A stretch of DNA of 64,000 nt, from assembly GCA_963803805.1 (NCBI GenBank), contig CAWDOD010000002.1, positions 192,001 through 256,000 on the forward strand, written 5' to 3'. This DNA is from an uncultured cyanobacterium. Lineage in GTDB: Bacteria > Cyanobacteriota > Cyanobacteriia > Cyanobacteriales > CAWCAG01. Made by a program: the position numbers and the translations under genes. Each line of letters starts with the position of its first letter. Within the stretch, counting starts at the first letter, position 1. The notes beneath the pieces were generated by a model. That model did not search any database and was not told the DNA's origin. It saw only the letters and a list, made by a program, of their open reading frames with translations. Below, piece after piece: positions 20,053-31,539 of the stretch.

Positions 20053-21249
20053 TTGACAATGACTGAACAGCCTGCGCGTATATGTATTCTTGGGGGCGGC
20101 TTTGGTGGATTATATACCGCCTTGCGTCTAAGTGAATTACCCTGGGAAAAAGCCCATAAACCCGAAATCACCCTCGTTGATCGTGATGATCGCTTTTTGT
20201 TTTCTCCCCTTTTGTACGAACTGCTTACAGAAGAGTTACAAACTTGGGAAGTTGCTCCCCCTTTTACTGAACTTTTAAGGGATACTGGCATCAGCTTTTG
20301 TCAAGGTAATGTGGTTGGCATTGATCCCGAAGCCCGACAGGTAAGTTTAGAAAGTGGCTTCCAATTGCCCTACGATAAGCTGGTAATTGCCTTGGGGGGT
20401 AAGACTCCTTTGGATATCGTTCCGGGGGCAGCCGATTATGCGATTCCTTTCCGTAGTTTAAGCCACGCCCGTTGCTTACAAGAAAAGTTGCGAACTCTAG
20501 AAAATTCTGATGCTGAGAAGATTCGGATTGCAATTGTGGGGGGAGGTTATAGTGGAGTTGAATTGGCTTGTAAGTTAGCAGATAGGCTCAAAGACAGAGG
20601 TAGGTTGCGTATTGTTGATATTGGTGGAGATATTCTCAATCATTCTACCAAATTCAATCGCCAAGCAGCCAAAGAAGCATTGCAAAAACGCGGCGTTTGG
20701 TTAGATTTAGAAACTAAGGTAGAATCGATCACCTCAGAGACAATTGCTTTAGATTACAAAGGGAAAGTTGATACCATCCCCGTAGATGTAGTTCTCTGGA
20801 CTGTAGGGACGAGAGTTTCTGGGTTTGTTAAGGATTTACCCTTCCCAAAAAATCAGCAAGGTTTACTCGAAGTACAACCCACCTTGCAAGTTAGCGATCG
20901 CCATGATATTTTCGCACTAGGAGATGTTATAGCTTGCCGAGATGCCCAAGGGCAAGAAGTTCCTGCTACCGCACAAGCTGCTTTTCAACAATCAGATTAC
21001 TGTGCCTGGAATATTTGGGCATCTTTAACGCAACGTCCTTTACTTCCTTTCCGTTACAAAAACTTAGGAGAAATGCTGGCATTAGGCAAAGATGAAGCAA
21101 CTCTGACAGGTTTGGGAATTGAATTAGCAGGGACTCCTGCTTACATAGCTAGGCGTTTGATGTATCTTTACCGCCTTCCTACCTCTAAACATCAACTTGC
21201 TGTCGGTTTAAAATGGATTACTCAACCAATAATCGAATTACTTTCGTGA
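20053..21249 (+). CDS. ndbB: Type II NAD(P)H dehydrogenase / demethylphylloquinone reductase
   Basis: RICILGGGFGGLYTALRL, GGGYSGVELA, ATAQAAFQQ. Confidence 0.8.
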   Translation: MTMTEQPARICILGGGFGGLYTALRLSELPWEKAHKPEITLVDRDDRFLFSPLLYELLTEELQTWEVAPPFTELLRDTGISFCQGNVVGIDPEARQVSLESGFQLPYDKLVIALGGKTPLDIVPGAADYAIPFRSLSHARCLQEKLRTLENSDAEKIRIAIVGGGYSGVELACKLADRLKDRGRLRIVDIGGDILNHSTKFNRQAAKEALQKRGVWLDLETKVESITSETIALDYKGKVDTIPVDVVLWTVGTRVSGFVKDLPFPKNQQGLLEVQPTLQVSDRHDIFALGDVIACRDAQGQEVPATAQAAFQQSDYCAWNIWASLTQRPLLPFRYKNLGEMLALGKDEATLTGLGIELAGTPAYIARRLMYLYRLPTSKHQLAVGLKWITQPIIELLS

Positions 21250-21273
21250 CATCCTCTCTATTGGCAAATTGAT

Positions 21274-21912
21274 ATGACACCCAAGGTAATTTTCTTAGAT
21301 GCTGTTGGTACTTTGTTTGGGGTAAAAGGGAGTGTGGGGGAGATTTATCGAGAGATGGCTTTGGAATTTGGTGTCGATGCCCCTGCCCAGAGTTTGAATA
21401 AAGCCTTTTTTCAAAGCTTTAAAGCTTCCCAACCTTTAGAATTTCCTGAAGCGAAGGCTAATGAAATTCCTGAATTAGAGTTCCAATGGTGGCAGGCGAT
21501 CGCCCAAGAAACTTTTACAACTGCCGGAGTTATAGAACAGTTTGGTAACTTCACAGCCTTTTTCGCCGATCTTTATGCCCATTTTGCTACGGCTGAACCT
21601 TGGTATGTTTATCCTGATGTACTCCCTGCCTTAGAGTTATGGCAGCAAAAAGAGATTACTTTGGGCATTATTTCTAATTTCGATTCTCGCCTTTACGGGG
21701 TTTTGAAGGCTTTGGATTTGAATGATTTTTTTACTAGTGTGACTATTTCTTCTCAAGTTGGTGTGGCAAAGCCAAAAGGTGAAATTTTCCAGGCTGCTTT
21801 GGCACAACATAACTGTCAAGCAAAGGAGGTGTTGCATATTGGTGATAGCTTAAAAGAAGATTATTATGGTGCTAAAGCAGCAGGGGTAAGACCATTTTTG
21901 CTGCGGCGGTAG
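21274..21912 (+). CDS. HAD-IA family hydrolase
   Basis: FLDAVGTL, SNFD, KP, HIGDS motifs. Confidence 0.9.
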   Translation: MTPKVIFLDAVGTLFGVKGSVGEIYREMALEFGVDAPAQSLNKAFFQSFKASQPLEFPEAKANEIPELEFQWWQAIAQETFTTAGVIEQFGNFTAFFADLYAHFATAEPWYVYPDVLPALELWQQKEITLGIISNFDSRLYGVLKALDLNDFFTSVTISSQVGVAKPKGEIFQAALAQHNCQAKEVLHIGDSLKEDYYGAKAAGVRPFLLRR

Positions 21913-21963
21913 AGGAAAAGCTTTTTTTGCCGTTGCCTAATTCTCAAATCTTTATTTACCCAA

Positions 21964-23724
21964 CTATTCGCTCAAAATTGGTATTTTATAGAGGGGAACA
22001 GTAAAAGTTACTGTAGAACCTAAACCTTCCCCCATGCTATAGAAATTAACCACTCCTCCCATCGCTTCAATTAGCTTTTGAGAAATAGCTAAACCTAAGC
22101 CTGTACCTCCATAGGTACGAGTGCGGGAACCATCTACCTGACTAAAAGATTGGAAAAGACGCTCTTGCTTATCTAAAGCAACCCCAATTCCTGTATCGGC
22201 TACCCTAACCATAACTAAGCCAGGACATTCTTCACCATTCACTACCATTTTCTTCTTCACCACCTCTGCACTAATAGTTACGCCACCTTCCTGGGTAAAC
22301 TTAATAGCATTACCTACTAAATTAAGCAGAACCTGTTTCAATCGTTGGTAGTTACCATAAAGGATAATCCCATCGGGATCACGGGTAGCCGGAATCTTGT
22401 TAGTGTAGCTGAGGTTTTTATGGTGGGCTTGGGAATTAGTAAAACTATCTACATCGTGAATTAACTCATTAAGAGGCACTGTAGTTAATTCCAACTCCAT
22501 TTTGCCTGCTTCAATTTTGGCAATATCGAGAACGTCATTAATTAAATTAAGTAAATGGAGGGCTGATTTGTGGGCTTCTTCAATAAATTCTTCTTGCTCT
22601 TCTGGAGTATCTGCCATCCCTTCAATGATTAGTTTAAGAAAACCAATGATGCCATTTAAAGGAGTGCGTAATTCGTGGGAAGTGTTGGCAAGAAATTCGC
22701 TTTTGAGACGAGAAGCTTCTTCAGCCTGGTTTCGGGCTTCTTCTAATTCTCCATAAAGGGTAGCATGGGCGATGGCTGTACCTACTTGATCTGCCAATTC
22801 TTTGACTAATTCTATTTCAGCATTATTCCACTGACGGAGGCGATCGCATTGTTGCAGATAAATCACACTGTTGGGTTGGTTACGATAGCTTGTAGTAGCT
22901 ACTAAAATTGATTTTGCCCCCACCCCACAACCATCAAGTTTTTCTGTTAAGTCAAGGCTATCTATAGCTAAGGGAACTCCGCTACTAAGGGCTTTTTGAA
23001 TATAAGGTTCTGCTTTTAATTGAGTCTCTAAACTCAATTGAGATGGAATTTGCCCTTGTAAATATTCTGCTTCAACTTTAAGTTTACTTTTGTTTTTATC
23101 TCTACTAACTTCCTGATAAGAAAGTATTAAACAACGACTAACATTCAGTGCTGCTCCTAATTCGCTCACCGTCTTCTGCCAAATCACTTTAAGTTTGAGG
23201 GTACGGCGTATATTACGAGCTATTTCTTTCAATAGTTCTTGATAAGGATCAGGAGTGGTTAATAAACCTGATTTGTGTAATTCAGGATTACTATTTTGAG
23301 GTAATAAATGCCCTGTTACTAAAACGAACTCGTTGTCACCAGATGCTACTAATACTGGAGTGATAACTAGTTGCCAGGGAAACAACTTATCACCGTACTT
23401 AAAAAAGCAAGAGCATTTTTGGGGAATACCTTTTTCTAAAACGTGCTGAATGATTTTTTGGTAAGCTTTTACATTTACAGGGCAGATGGTTTCTTCTAAA
23501 GAACTACCGACAATTTCCTGGCAGTCAATACCGTACTCTTGAGCTGCTTTCCAGTGAAATGATAAATATTGACCAGATTTGTTTTGCGCGAAAACAATTT
23601 CTGCTCCCAAAGTATTCCAAAAAACCGAGTTTTGATTAGCAGGAAAAGATTCCATATCATTAGACTCTAATTGAGGTAAGGGGAAATCACCGGGAGCAAC
23701 CATGATTCTCAAATTAATCGCCAA
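21964..23724 (-). CDS. PAS/GAF sensor histidine kinase
   Basis: SHELRTPL H-box, N/G1/G2 boxes, GAF domain; start uncertain. Confidence 0.9.
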   Translation of the reverse strand: MAINLRIMVAPGDFPLPQLESNDMESFPANQNSVFWNTLGAEIVFAQNKSGQYLSFHWKAAQEYGIDCQEIVGSSLEETICPVNVKAYQKIIQHVLEKGIPQKCSCFFKYGDKLFPWQLVITPVLVASGDNEFVLVTGHLLPQNSNPELHKSGLLTTPDPYQELLKEIARNIRRTLKLKVIWQKTVSELGAALNVSRCLILSYQEVSRDKNKSKLKVEAEYLQGQIPSQLSLETQLKAEPYIQKALSSGVPLAIDSLDLTEKLDGCGVGAKSILVATTSYRNQPNSVIYLQQCDRLRQWNNAEIELVKELADQVGTAIAHATLYGELEEARNQAEEASRLKSEFLANTSHELRTPLNGIIGFLKLIIEGMADTPEEQEEFIEEAHKSALHLLNLINDVLDIAKIEAGKMELELTTVPLNELIHDVDSFTNSQAHHKNLSYTNKIPATRDPDGIILYGNYQRLKQVLLNLVGNAIKFTQEGGVTISAEVVKKKMVVNGEECPGLVMVRVADTGIGVALDKQERLFQSFSQVDGSRTRTYGGTGLGLAISQKLIEAMGGVVNFYSMGEGLGSTVTFTVPLYKIPILSE

Positions 23725-23782
23725 AATTAAGGCTAGAATTTATTACTTGAAGCTTGGAAATTTGTCAGGAATTAGTTGAAAG

Positions 23783-24085
23783 TCAATCATTCCATTCTCC
23801 TCTTGGGGGAACTGGGGGGTTGCGGGTGAGATTGCGGGCTAAGTCTTCATCTAGTTGCCTTTCTCCTCGAAGCCACTGCTTAATAGCAGTTTCGATTATA
23901 CGGCTAGGATTATTGGTAAGATGCTGAATTTGTTCGAGCAGTTCTGAATCAAGATGTATTGATATTTCTATTTTTTCAGTGGAGCGCCCAGAAGAGACTA
24001 ATTTATTATCGTCCATATTGCTGCTGTGATTTGTTTGAGTATTTATGATTTTACGATCAGAATTTAGGGAAAACCACAAAATCAT
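23783..24085 (-). CDS. Small conserved hypothetical (ribbon-helix-helix-like) protein
   Basis: ISIHLDSELL..IETAIKQWL pattern; start probably at the internal MDDNK. Confidence 0.6.
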   Translation of the reverse strand: MILWFSLNSDRKIINTQTNHSSNMDDNKLVSSGRSTEKIEISIHLDSELLEQIQHLTNNPSRIIETAIKQWLRGERQLDEDLARNLTRNPPVPPRGEWND

Positions 24086-24363
24086 ATCGGTTTTTTATTA
24101 CTTAATTTTTTATTTTGAGATTAGGAGAGAATCTTATAATTGGTAATATCACTTATGATTGGTGATTCAACTTCTTTCATAAATAGTTTGTATAATGGTC
24201 TGTAATCGTTTTTTGCGTCATATACTTAACTGTTAATGCTTAAAATAGAGGTTAAGAAAAAGTGGATAAGAGAAATTTCTTGTAAACAAATCAAGACCTA
24301 CTGACGAAATCAACATTAAAATAAGTTAAGGTTCATAGATTTTCTTTTGCTGCTCAGACAAAT

Positions 24364-26172
24364 ATGACTGATGTTCCCGTTTCTCGCCTTCGTAACTTTT
24401 CTATTATTGCTCATATAGATCATGGCAAGTCCACTTTAGCTGATCGCTTACTCCAAGTCACTGAAACAGTTCAAAAAAGACAGATGAAAGAACAGTTTCT
24501 GGACAATATGGATCTAGAGCGAGAAAGGGGCATTACTATTAAACTACAAGCTGCCCGCATGAATTACGGAGCTGATGATGGGGAAACTTATGTCCTCAAT
24601 CTCATTGATACTCCTGGTCATGTAGACTTTTCTTATGAAGTGTCCCGTTCCTTAGTAGCTTGTGAAGGAGCTTTATTAGTAGTAGATGCTTCTCAAGGGG
24701 TGGAAGCCCAGACTTTAGCTAATGTTTATTTAGCCCTGGAACATGACCTTGAGATTATTCCTGTTTTGAACAAAATTGATCTTCCTGGTGCAGAACCTGA
24801 AAGAATCATCCAAGAAATAGAGGAAGTAATTGGTTTAGATTGTAGCAACGCTATTTTAGCATCTGCAAAGCAGGGATTAGGCATTAAAGAAATCCTAGAA
24901 TCTATTGTTAGCCTGATTCCTTCGCCCCAAGATAACATAGAAAAACCTCTACGGGCCCTGATATTTGATAGTTATTACGATCCCTATCGTGGTGTGATTG
25001 TTTATTTTCGTATCGTCGATGGCAAAGTCAAAAAAGGCGATCGCGTTTTATTGATGGCTTCGGGTAAGGAGTATGAAATCGATGAGTTAGGAGTGCTTTC
25101 ACCAAGCCAAATTCAGGTAGAGGAACTCCACGCTGGGGAAGTAGGTTATTTAGCCGCAGCGATTAAAACCGTAGAAGACGCGCGGGTGGGGGATACCATA
25201 ACTTTAGTCCCTAACCCGGCACAAGAGGCCTTACCGGGTTATACAGAGGCTAAACCGATGGTATTTTGCGGCCTCTTTCCCACAGAATCTGATCAGTATA
25301 AAGATTTGCGAGAAGCTTTAGATAAGCTTAAACTCAACGATGCGGCCCTTTCCTTTGAACCGGAAACCTCTACTGCTATGGGTTTCGGTTTCCGTTGCGG
25401 CTTTTTGGGTTTGCTACATATGGAAATTGTCCAAGAACGTCTAGAAAGGGAATATAATCTCGATCTTATTACCACTGCCCCTTCTGTGATTTATCGCATC
25501 ACCAACACTGATGGGGAAGTATTTGAAGTGGATAATCCCAGTCAGCTACCCGATCCTCAAAAACGAGAGAAAATCGAAGAACCTTATATCCTGGTGGAAA
25601 TGATTACCCCAGAGGAATATGTGGGGGCGTTGATGGAACTCTGTCAAGGGCGTAGGGGTGTTTATAAAGATATGAAATATTTTGCCCAAGGACGTACTAC
25701 CCTAGTTTATGAACTTCCTTTAGCTGAAGTGGTGACAGACTTTTTTGATCAACTTAAATCTCGTTCCCGTGGTTATGCGAGTATGGAATATCGCTTTCTG
25801 GATTATCGGGATAATCCTTTGGTGAAATTAGATATTCTCGTTAATGGCGATCGCGTGGATTCTTTGGCTACTATAGTTCACCGAGACAAAGCTTATTATT
25901 TAGGGCGTTCCTTAACTGAAAAACTTAAAGAGTTAATTCCTCGCCACCAATTTAAGATTCCTCTGCAAGCTGCTATTGGGGGCAAAATTATTGCTAGTGA
26001 ACATATTCCCGCTTTGCGTAAGGATGTTTTGGCTAAATGCTACGGTGGTGATATTTCCCGCAAGAAAAAGTTGTTGCAAAAGCAAGCTAAGGGGAAAAAA
26101 CGGATGAAGTCTATCGGTACAGTTGATGTTCCTCAAGAAGCTTTTATGGCAGTTTTGAAGTTAGATAATTAA
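24364..26172 (+). CDS. lepA: Elongation factor 4
   Basis: [33 protein letters not shown]. Confidence 0.98.
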   Translation: MTDVPVSRLRNFSIIAHIDHGKSTLADRLLQVTETVQKRQMKEQFLDNMDLERERGITIKLQAARMNYGADDGETYVLNLIDTPGHVDFSYEVSRSLVACEGALLVVDASQGVEAQTLANVYLALEHDLEIIPVLNKIDLPGAEPERIIQEIEEVIGLDCSNAILASAKQGLGIKEILESIVSLIPSPQDNIEKPLRALIFDSYYDPYRGVIVYFRIVDGKVKKGDRVLLMASGKEYEIDELGVLSPSQIQVEELHAGEVGYLAAAIKTVEDARVGDTITLVPNPAQEALPGYTEAKPMVFCGLFPTESDQYKDLREALDKLKLNDAALSFEPETSTAMGFGFRCGFLGLLHMEIVQERLEREYNLDLITTAPSVIYRITNTDGEVFEVDNPSQLPDPQKREKIEEPYILVEMITPEEYVGALMELCQGRRGVYKDMKYFAQGRTTLVYELPLAEVVTDFFDQLKSRSRGYASMEYRFLDYRDNPLVKLDILVNGDRVDSLATIVHRDKAYYLGRSLTEKLKELIPRHQFKIPLQAAIGGKIIASEHIPALRKDVLAKCYGGDISRKKKLLQKQAKGKKRMKSIGTVDVPQEAFMAVLKLDN

Positions 26173-26187
26173 GTCAAGAACTGTTAG

Positions 26188-27360
26188 ATGAACATTGATG
26201 GTATTAAGAGTCTCTACTACATTACCCATATAAAAAACTTACCATCTATACTTGAACGTGGCATTTTATCCCATGGAAAAGTTGATGAGTTAAATGTTTC
26301 TTACACTCCCATTTACGATACTGCAATTGTCAGTCAGCGTAAAGACAAAGTAACTTTAGAACAAAAGAGTTTGTGGGAGTATGCCAACTTATATTTCCAA
26401 CCAAGAAATCCTATGATGTATAGGGTTGTTCATGAAAAGGATAAAAAAGATCTTGCCATTGTTGGTATTAAGCCCAAAATACTGTACAACTCTGGAGTAC
26501 TAATTACTGATGGCAATGCCGCTAGCCAACCAACTAAATTTCTCTCGGTTCATGAAGGGCTAAAAATACTCGCCAAACAATGGAAAATAATTCAAAATGA
26601 TTGGTGGAATGAACATGATGGTTCAAAGCGCAAGATTATGTCTGAGTGCTTAATTCCGGAACAAGTTAGCCCGGAATATGTTCATTCAGTTTTTGTAGCA
26701 GATCATAAAGTGAAAGAAAAAGTTACCTCAATGATAGGTTCAGCAAAAGTTCCTATTGTTGTTGAGTCTCAGATGTTTTTCCAGCCTAGATCCGCTACTC
26801 GTATTGGCAATAATATCTCTTTAATTAATGGAGATATGTTTTTTTCTAATATGCAAACGCTGACCATAAGTGTTAATTTGCAAGGGATAATGGGAAAGGG
26901 GCTAGCCTCTAGAGCAAAGTATCAATTTCCTGATGTATATGTCAATTATCAAGACGCTTGCCAAAAAAAGTATCTTACCGCAACAAAGCCTTATCTATAC
27001 AAAAGGGAAGCATCTTTAGATGAGGAATTAGCTGATTTAACTCTGCCTTTAAAAACTCCTAATGCTGTGAAATGGTTTTTGCTATTTGCTACTAAAAGGA
27101 AGTGGCGCGAAAATTCTCGTCGAGATGATATTGAAGCTGGTTTAAATTGGATTAGAAGTAATTATCAAGAAGTAGGAATAAAATCTTTAGCGATGCCTGC
27201 TTTAGGTTGCGGTTTAGGCAACTTAAATTGGGCTGATATTGGCCCATTGATGTGTCGTTACTTACATAATATTGAGATTCCCGTGGCTATTTATCTCCCC
27301 CAAGAACAAAAAATTGCTCCTGAATACCAAACAGAAAATTATTTGTTACAACGAAATTAG
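26188..27360 (+). CDS. DarT (DUF4433) DNA ADP-ribosyltransferase fused to a DarG-like macrodomain
   Basis: N-half YYITHIKNLPSIL..YANLYFQPRNPMMY..TDGNAAS..SECLIP; C-half GDMF..VNLQGIMGKGLA..FATK..W..SLAMPALGCGLGNLNW. Confidence 0.85.
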   Translation: MNIDGIKSLYYITHIKNLPSILERGILSHGKVDELNVSYTPIYDTAIVSQRKDKVTLEQKSLWEYANLYFQPRNPMMYRVVHEKDKKDLAIVGIKPKILYNSGVLITDGNAASQPTKFLSVHEGLKILAKQWKIIQNDWWNEHDGSKRKIMSECLIPEQVSPEYVHSVFVADHKVKEKVTSMIGSAKVPIVVESQMFFQPRSATRIGNNISLINGDMFFSNMQTLTISVNLQGIMGKGLASRAKYQFPDVYVNYQDACQKKYLTATKPYLYKREASLDEELADLTLPLKTPNAVKWFLLFATKRKWRENSRRDDIEAGLNWIRSNYQEVGIKSLAMPALGCGLGNLNWADIGPLMCRYLHNIEIPVAIYLPQEQKIAPEYQTENYLLQRN

Positions 27361-27848
27361 GTTTCCTGGGTAAGCCTGATAATTAATTCAGAATGCTGGG
27401 GAAATTTCTGCAATAACTCTTCCCGACTCACAATATTGAGTTGTTCCCATTCAAAAGCTGGCGCACAAATATTACTTCCAAAAGCAAAAGAAACTCCATC
27501 AGGTATTTCAGCAGCTTGAAGGCATCCTTTAGGAATAGTAATAACTGGACGTTCACCTAATTTTAAATCAGTTCCCAAGTGAAAACTATGGTGTTCTCCA
27601 TTAGATTCTAGGGTATGTAAAATCAGTTTTCCCTGATGAATTGCCCAAATTTCTTCGCTATTTAATACTTTATGAAAGGAAGAAATGGCTCCAGGTAAAA
27701 ATAACCAATGACCAGAAGTACGAAACTGATCGCGATGGGTTTCAACGAACTTTGGACCTTCAGGATGATCGTACCAATCGTAAGATTCGAGTATAGCTTT
27801 TATCATTTGGGAGCAGGGAATTAAGGAGAAGTTAAGGACAATTAGCAA
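27357..27848 (-). CDS. Cupin (DUF985-like) protein
   Basis: HPEG, SSFHKV..EIW..H.G, APAF motifs. Confidence 0.8.
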   Translation of the reverse strand: MLIVLNFSLIPCSQMIKAILESYDWYDHPEGPKFVETHRDQFRTSGHWLFLPGAISSFHKVLNSEEIWAIHQGKLILHTLESNGEHHSFHLGTDLKLGERPVITIPKGCLQAAEIPDGVSFAFGSNICAPAFEWEQLNIVSREELLQKFPQHSELIIRLTQET

Positions 27849-27880
27849 CTAGCAATTAGCCATTAGCCATTAGCAACTAG
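27841..27880. repeat. Short tandem heptamer repeats (STRR-like)
   Basis: ATTAGCA/ACTAGCA/ATTAGCC units; a similar run occurs at ~43763-43786. Confidence 0.6.
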
Positions 27881-29767
27881 CCGATTCCTAGTTTCTAAAT
27901 AAACTAATAAAGCATTAATATCAGCAGGATTAACCCCTCCAATTCTAGAAGCTTGCCCTACGGTTAAAGGTCTAACTTTAGTAAGTTTTTCTCTCGCTTC
28001 CATAGATAAAGTTTCTATGGTCATATAATCTAAATTATCAGCTAATTTACGATTACTATGGCGGTTCACTTGTTCGATTTGGTTTTCTTGACGTTTGATA
28101 TAACCGGAATATTTAATATCAATTTCTGCTCCTTCTTTTTCTGCTTGATTTAATTCAGGGTTTCCTAAACCATAACTTGCTAAATTGTCATAATGGAAAC
28201 CGGGACGACGCAATAAATCAGCTAAGGTAATTGAACCTTTGATTTTTTGTTGAGTATCAGTTGCGATCGCCACACCAACTTGATCTCTTTCTTTGACCCT
28301 GGTACTGTGCAACCGTTCCTTTTCCGCGACAATGTTAGCTTGCTTGCGTTGAAACATTTGCCAACGACGATTGTCAATTAAACCAATCTCTCTACCCATA
28401 GGGGTTAAGCGCTGATCAGCATTATCTGAACGCAACAGCAAGCGATATTCAGATCTACTAGTTAACATTCGGTAAGGTTCCCGCAAATCCTTAGTACAAA
28501 GATCATCAATCAACGTGCCGATGTAGCTTTGTTCACGGGGGAAGACAATCATTTCTTCTCCTTTAGCAAAGCGCGTTGCATTAATCCCCGCAACTAGACC
28601 TTGGGCCGCAGCTTCCTCATAGCCCGTTGTGCCATTGATTTGTCCGGCAGCAAACAACCCCTCAATTTTTTTGGTCATTAAGGTAGGATAACATTGGGTT
28701 GCAGGTAAGTAATCGTATTCCACTGCATAGGCAGGGCGCAGCATGGCACATTGTTCTAAACCAGGGAGAGTATGCAACATCTCTAGTTGTAATTTTTCTG
28801 GCAAACCTGTAGAGAAACCTTGAATATAAAGTTCAGGGATATCTCTACCTTCTGGTTCAATAAAAATTTGGTGACTTTCTTTATCTGCAAAGCGAACAAT
28901 TTTATCTTCAATGCTAGGACAGTAACGGGGTCCTTTAGAGTCGATGAAACCGCCGTAAATTGGGGAAAGGTGTAAGTTGTCCCGAATTAATTTATGGGTG
29001 TCGCCAGTAGTACGAGTTAAGTAACAAGGCATCTGTTCCCTTGCTACCCAAACTTGAGGATCAAAACTAAACCAACGCACCTCTGCATCACCCGGTTGCA
29101 GTTCCATTTTACTATAATCAGCAGAACGTTTATCAACCCGTGCAGGAGTCCCTGTTTTCAATCTCCCGGTTTCAAAACCTAGCTGGTTAAGGGTATCAGT
29201 TAAACCTACTGCGGCAAACTCTCCCGCCCTTCCTGCTGCCATTGATTTACCGCCAATCCAAATTTTACCCCCTAAAAAAGTTCCGGTGGTGAGGACGACG
29301 GCTTTGGTTTGGAAACAAGTACCGAAATAAGTCTCAATACCTATAACCTCATCGTTTTTTCCTAAAATGAGGTCTGTTACCATAGCTTCTCGGATAGTTA
29401 AATTGGCTTGGTTTTCAATAATCTCCTTCATTATTGCTGCATATTCCCGTTTATCGGTTTGCGCCCGCAATGCCCTAACCGCAGGTCCCCGTGAGGAGTT
29501 GAGGACGCGCTTTTGTAAATAGGTACGATCAGCCATTTTGCCAATTTCTCCCCCCAAGGCATCTACTTCATGGGTTAATTGGGACTTAGCTGGACCACCA
29601 ACGGCAGGGTTGCAAGGTTGCCAAGCAATTTTATCTAAGTTCAAGGTTAGCATCATTGTGCGGCAACCAAGACGGGCTGAGGCTAAGGCAGCTTCGCAAC
29701 CGGAATGCCCTGCGCCGACGATAATGACATCAAAGGAGTCTTGGAATTCTATTGAGGAAGTTGTCAT
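27863..29767 (-). CDS. mnmG: tRNA uridine-34 modification enzyme
   Basis: [52 protein letters not shown]. Confidence 0.98.
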   Translation of the reverse strand: MTTSSIEFQDSFDVIIVGAGHSGCEAALASARLGCRTMMLTLNLDKIAWQPCNPAVGGPAKSQLTHEVDALGGEIGKMADRTYLQKRVLNSSRGPAVRALRAQTDKREYAAIMKEIIENQANLTIREAMVTDLILGKNDEVIGIETYFGTCFQTKAVVLTTGTFLGGKIWIGGKSMAAGRAGEFAAVGLTDTLNQLGFETGRLKTGTPARVDKRSADYSKMELQPGDAEVRWFSFDPQVWVAREQMPCYLTRTTGDTHKLIRDNLHLSPIYGGFIDSKGPRYCPSIEDKIVRFADKESHQIFIEPEGRDIPELYIQGFSTGLPEKLQLEMLHTLPGLEQCAMLRPAYAVEYDYLPATQCYPTLMTKKIEGLFAAGQINGTTGYEEAAAQGLVAGINATRFAKGEEMIVFPREQSYIGTLIDDLCTKDLREPYRMLTSRSEYRLLLRSDNADQRLTPMGREIGLIDNRRWQMFQRKQANIVAEKERLHSTRVKERDQVGVAIATDTQQKIKGSITLADLLRRPGFHYDNLASYGLGNPELNQAEKEGAEIDIKYSGYIKRQENQIEQVNRHSNRKLADNLDYMTIETLSMEAREKLTKVRPLTVGQASRIGGVNPADINALLVYLETRNRLVANG

Positions 29768-29869
29768 AGGTTAAGTAAAAGAGTATTTATGTGTGAAGAT
29801 ATGAGTTTAAAAAAGAAAATCCTAGAGACTATATTTTATATCTACAGATATTTAAAATTCGTTCAAAAC

Positions 29870-29906
29870 AAATCTTGTCAAGTTCTTGACGTTTTCTATT
29901 TATATT
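29870..29906 (+). promoter_or_regulatory. Putative OmpR-family binding box plus -10
   Basis: AAATCTTGTCAAGTTCTTGAC, 10 nt, TATATT; same arrangement at 33858-33894. Confidence 0.55.
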
Positions 29907-29928
29907 AAGGCCGCCAACTATATATTGG

Positions 29929-30831
29929 ATGGAGACAAGCCTATTGAAACGTCGTAAATTATTAATCCTTACTTCTATGGGCGGACTAGGATTAGCTTTG
30001 GCATCTCATAAGTATTTAACGCCTCAATATCCTCTCACTTTAAAAAGCTGCCCCGACATAGCTTCAGAAAAATCTTTACCCCTATTGCGTTTTGCTGCTC
30101 TCGGTGACGTAGGGACAGGAGATGAGAAGCAATATAAAGTAGCTAAAATTATGAGTTGTTACTTCAAGCTTAATCCCTTTTCTCTGGTTCTCTTGGCAGG
30201 AGATAATATTTATAGAAATGGTGAAATAAAAAAAATTGCTGCCACCTTTGAAAGACCTTACCATGAGCTTTTACAGCAAAACGTAAACTTTTATGCTGTC
30301 CTTGGCAATCACGATATTCGTAGCAACAACGGCATTCCTCAAATTCGTTACCCTGGGTTCAATATGCAGGGACGTTACTATAGTTTTACTCGTGGCCCAG
30401 TACAGTTTTTTGCCCTTAATAGTAACCCAGAAGCAGGTTGGTCAAAGCAGTTGGTCTGGTTAGAAGAAAAATTAGCCGAGTCTCAACAGCCCTGGAAAGT
30501 AGTATTTGGACACCATCAAATGTATTCTTCGGGTAAATATGGAGTTAATCAAGAATTAATCGAGCGCCTAACACCTTTGTTTTCTCGCTATGGTGTTCAG
30601 CTTTATATTAACGGCCATGAACACCATTATGAAAGGACTCAACCCATTAAAGGTACAACCTATTTAACCTGTGGTGCTGGTGCTAAACTACGTCCAGTCG
30701 GTGAGTCAGATTGGACAGCCTATGCTGTTTCTAGATTAAGCTTTGCAGGAATTGAAGTTTATTCAGATCGTTTAGAAATTTGTGGCATAGGTACTGACGG
30801 ACAAGTATTTGATCGGGGAGTTATTTCCTAG
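29929..30831 (+). CDS. Metallophosphoesterase, probably exported
   Basis: GDVG, GDNIY, GNHD, GHH, GHEH motifs; N-terminal KRRKLL plus hydrophobic stretch. Confidence 0.9.
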   Translation: METSLLKRRKLLILTSMGGLGLALASHKYLTPQYPLTLKSCPDIASEKSLPLLRFAALGDVGTGDEKQYKVAKIMSCYFKLNPFSLVLLAGDNIYRNGEIKKIAATFERPYHELLQQNVNFYAVLGNHDIRSNNGIPQIRYPGFNMQGRYYSFTRGPVQFFALNSNPEAGWSKQLVWLEEKLAESQQPWKVVFGHHQMYSSGKYGVNQELIERLTPLFSRYGVQLYINGHEHHYERTQPIKGTTYLTCGAGAKLRPVGESDWTAYAVSRLSFAGIEVYSDRLEICGIGTDGQVFDRGVIS

Positions 30832-30846
30832 TTACAAGAGAATGCC

Positions 30847-31527
30847 ATGAGGATTTTATTAGTAGAAGATGATGATCGCATTGCTAGGCCCCTAGCAGAA
30901 GGTTTAAGAAATGAACATCACGTAGTCGAAATAGCTGGGGATGGTATTGAAGGTTGGGAATTTGCTCAAGGGGCTGAATATGACCTAATTCTCTTGGATT
31001 TGATGCTACCAAAATTAGATGGCATTGAACTGTGTAAGCGATTGCGAAAGGCGAAATCCCAGGCCTTAATTTTGATGCTCACGGCTAGAGATACTATTGA
31101 TGATAAGGTAATTGGGCTAGATGCTGGGGCAGATGACTATTTGGTAAAACCATTCAAACTCAAAGAATTAGCAGCAAGAATCAGGGCTTTATCCCGTAGA
31201 AGTCATGAACTCAAACCGCAAATTATTAGTTACCAGGAATTACAACTCAATCCCAGTACGGGGGAAGTAACCTATGAAGGTAATTTGCTTTTGCTAACCC
31301 CCAAAGAATATTTAATTTTAGAATACTTTTTACGCCATCCCAAACAAATTTTAACCCGTTCAGCTATTCTTGATAAGCTCTGGGAGTTTGACAAATCTTC
31401 GGGAGAAGGAACTATTAAAACCCATATTACCAACCTGCGCTCAAAGCTAAAAGCAGTAGGAAGTAAAGGCAATTTGATTGAAACTGTTTATGGCATTGGT
31501 TATCGTTTGGGGTCATTAGAAAATTAG
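30847..31527 (+). CDS. OmpR-family response regulator
   Basis: ILLVEDD, LDLMLP, GADDYLVKPF, IETVYGIGY. Confidence 0.95.
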   Translation: MRILLVEDDDRIARPLAEGLRNEHHVVEIAGDGIEGWEFAQGAEYDLILLDLMLPKLDGIELCKRLRKAKSQALILMLTARDTIDDKVIGLDAGADDYLVKPFKLKELAARIRALSRRSHELKPQIISYQELQLNPSTGEVTYEGNLLLLTPKEYLILEYFLRHPKQILTRSAILDKLWEFDKSSGEGTIKTHITNLRSKLKAVGSKGNLIETVYGIGYRLGSLEN

Positions 31528-31539
31528 CGGTTTGCTGTT

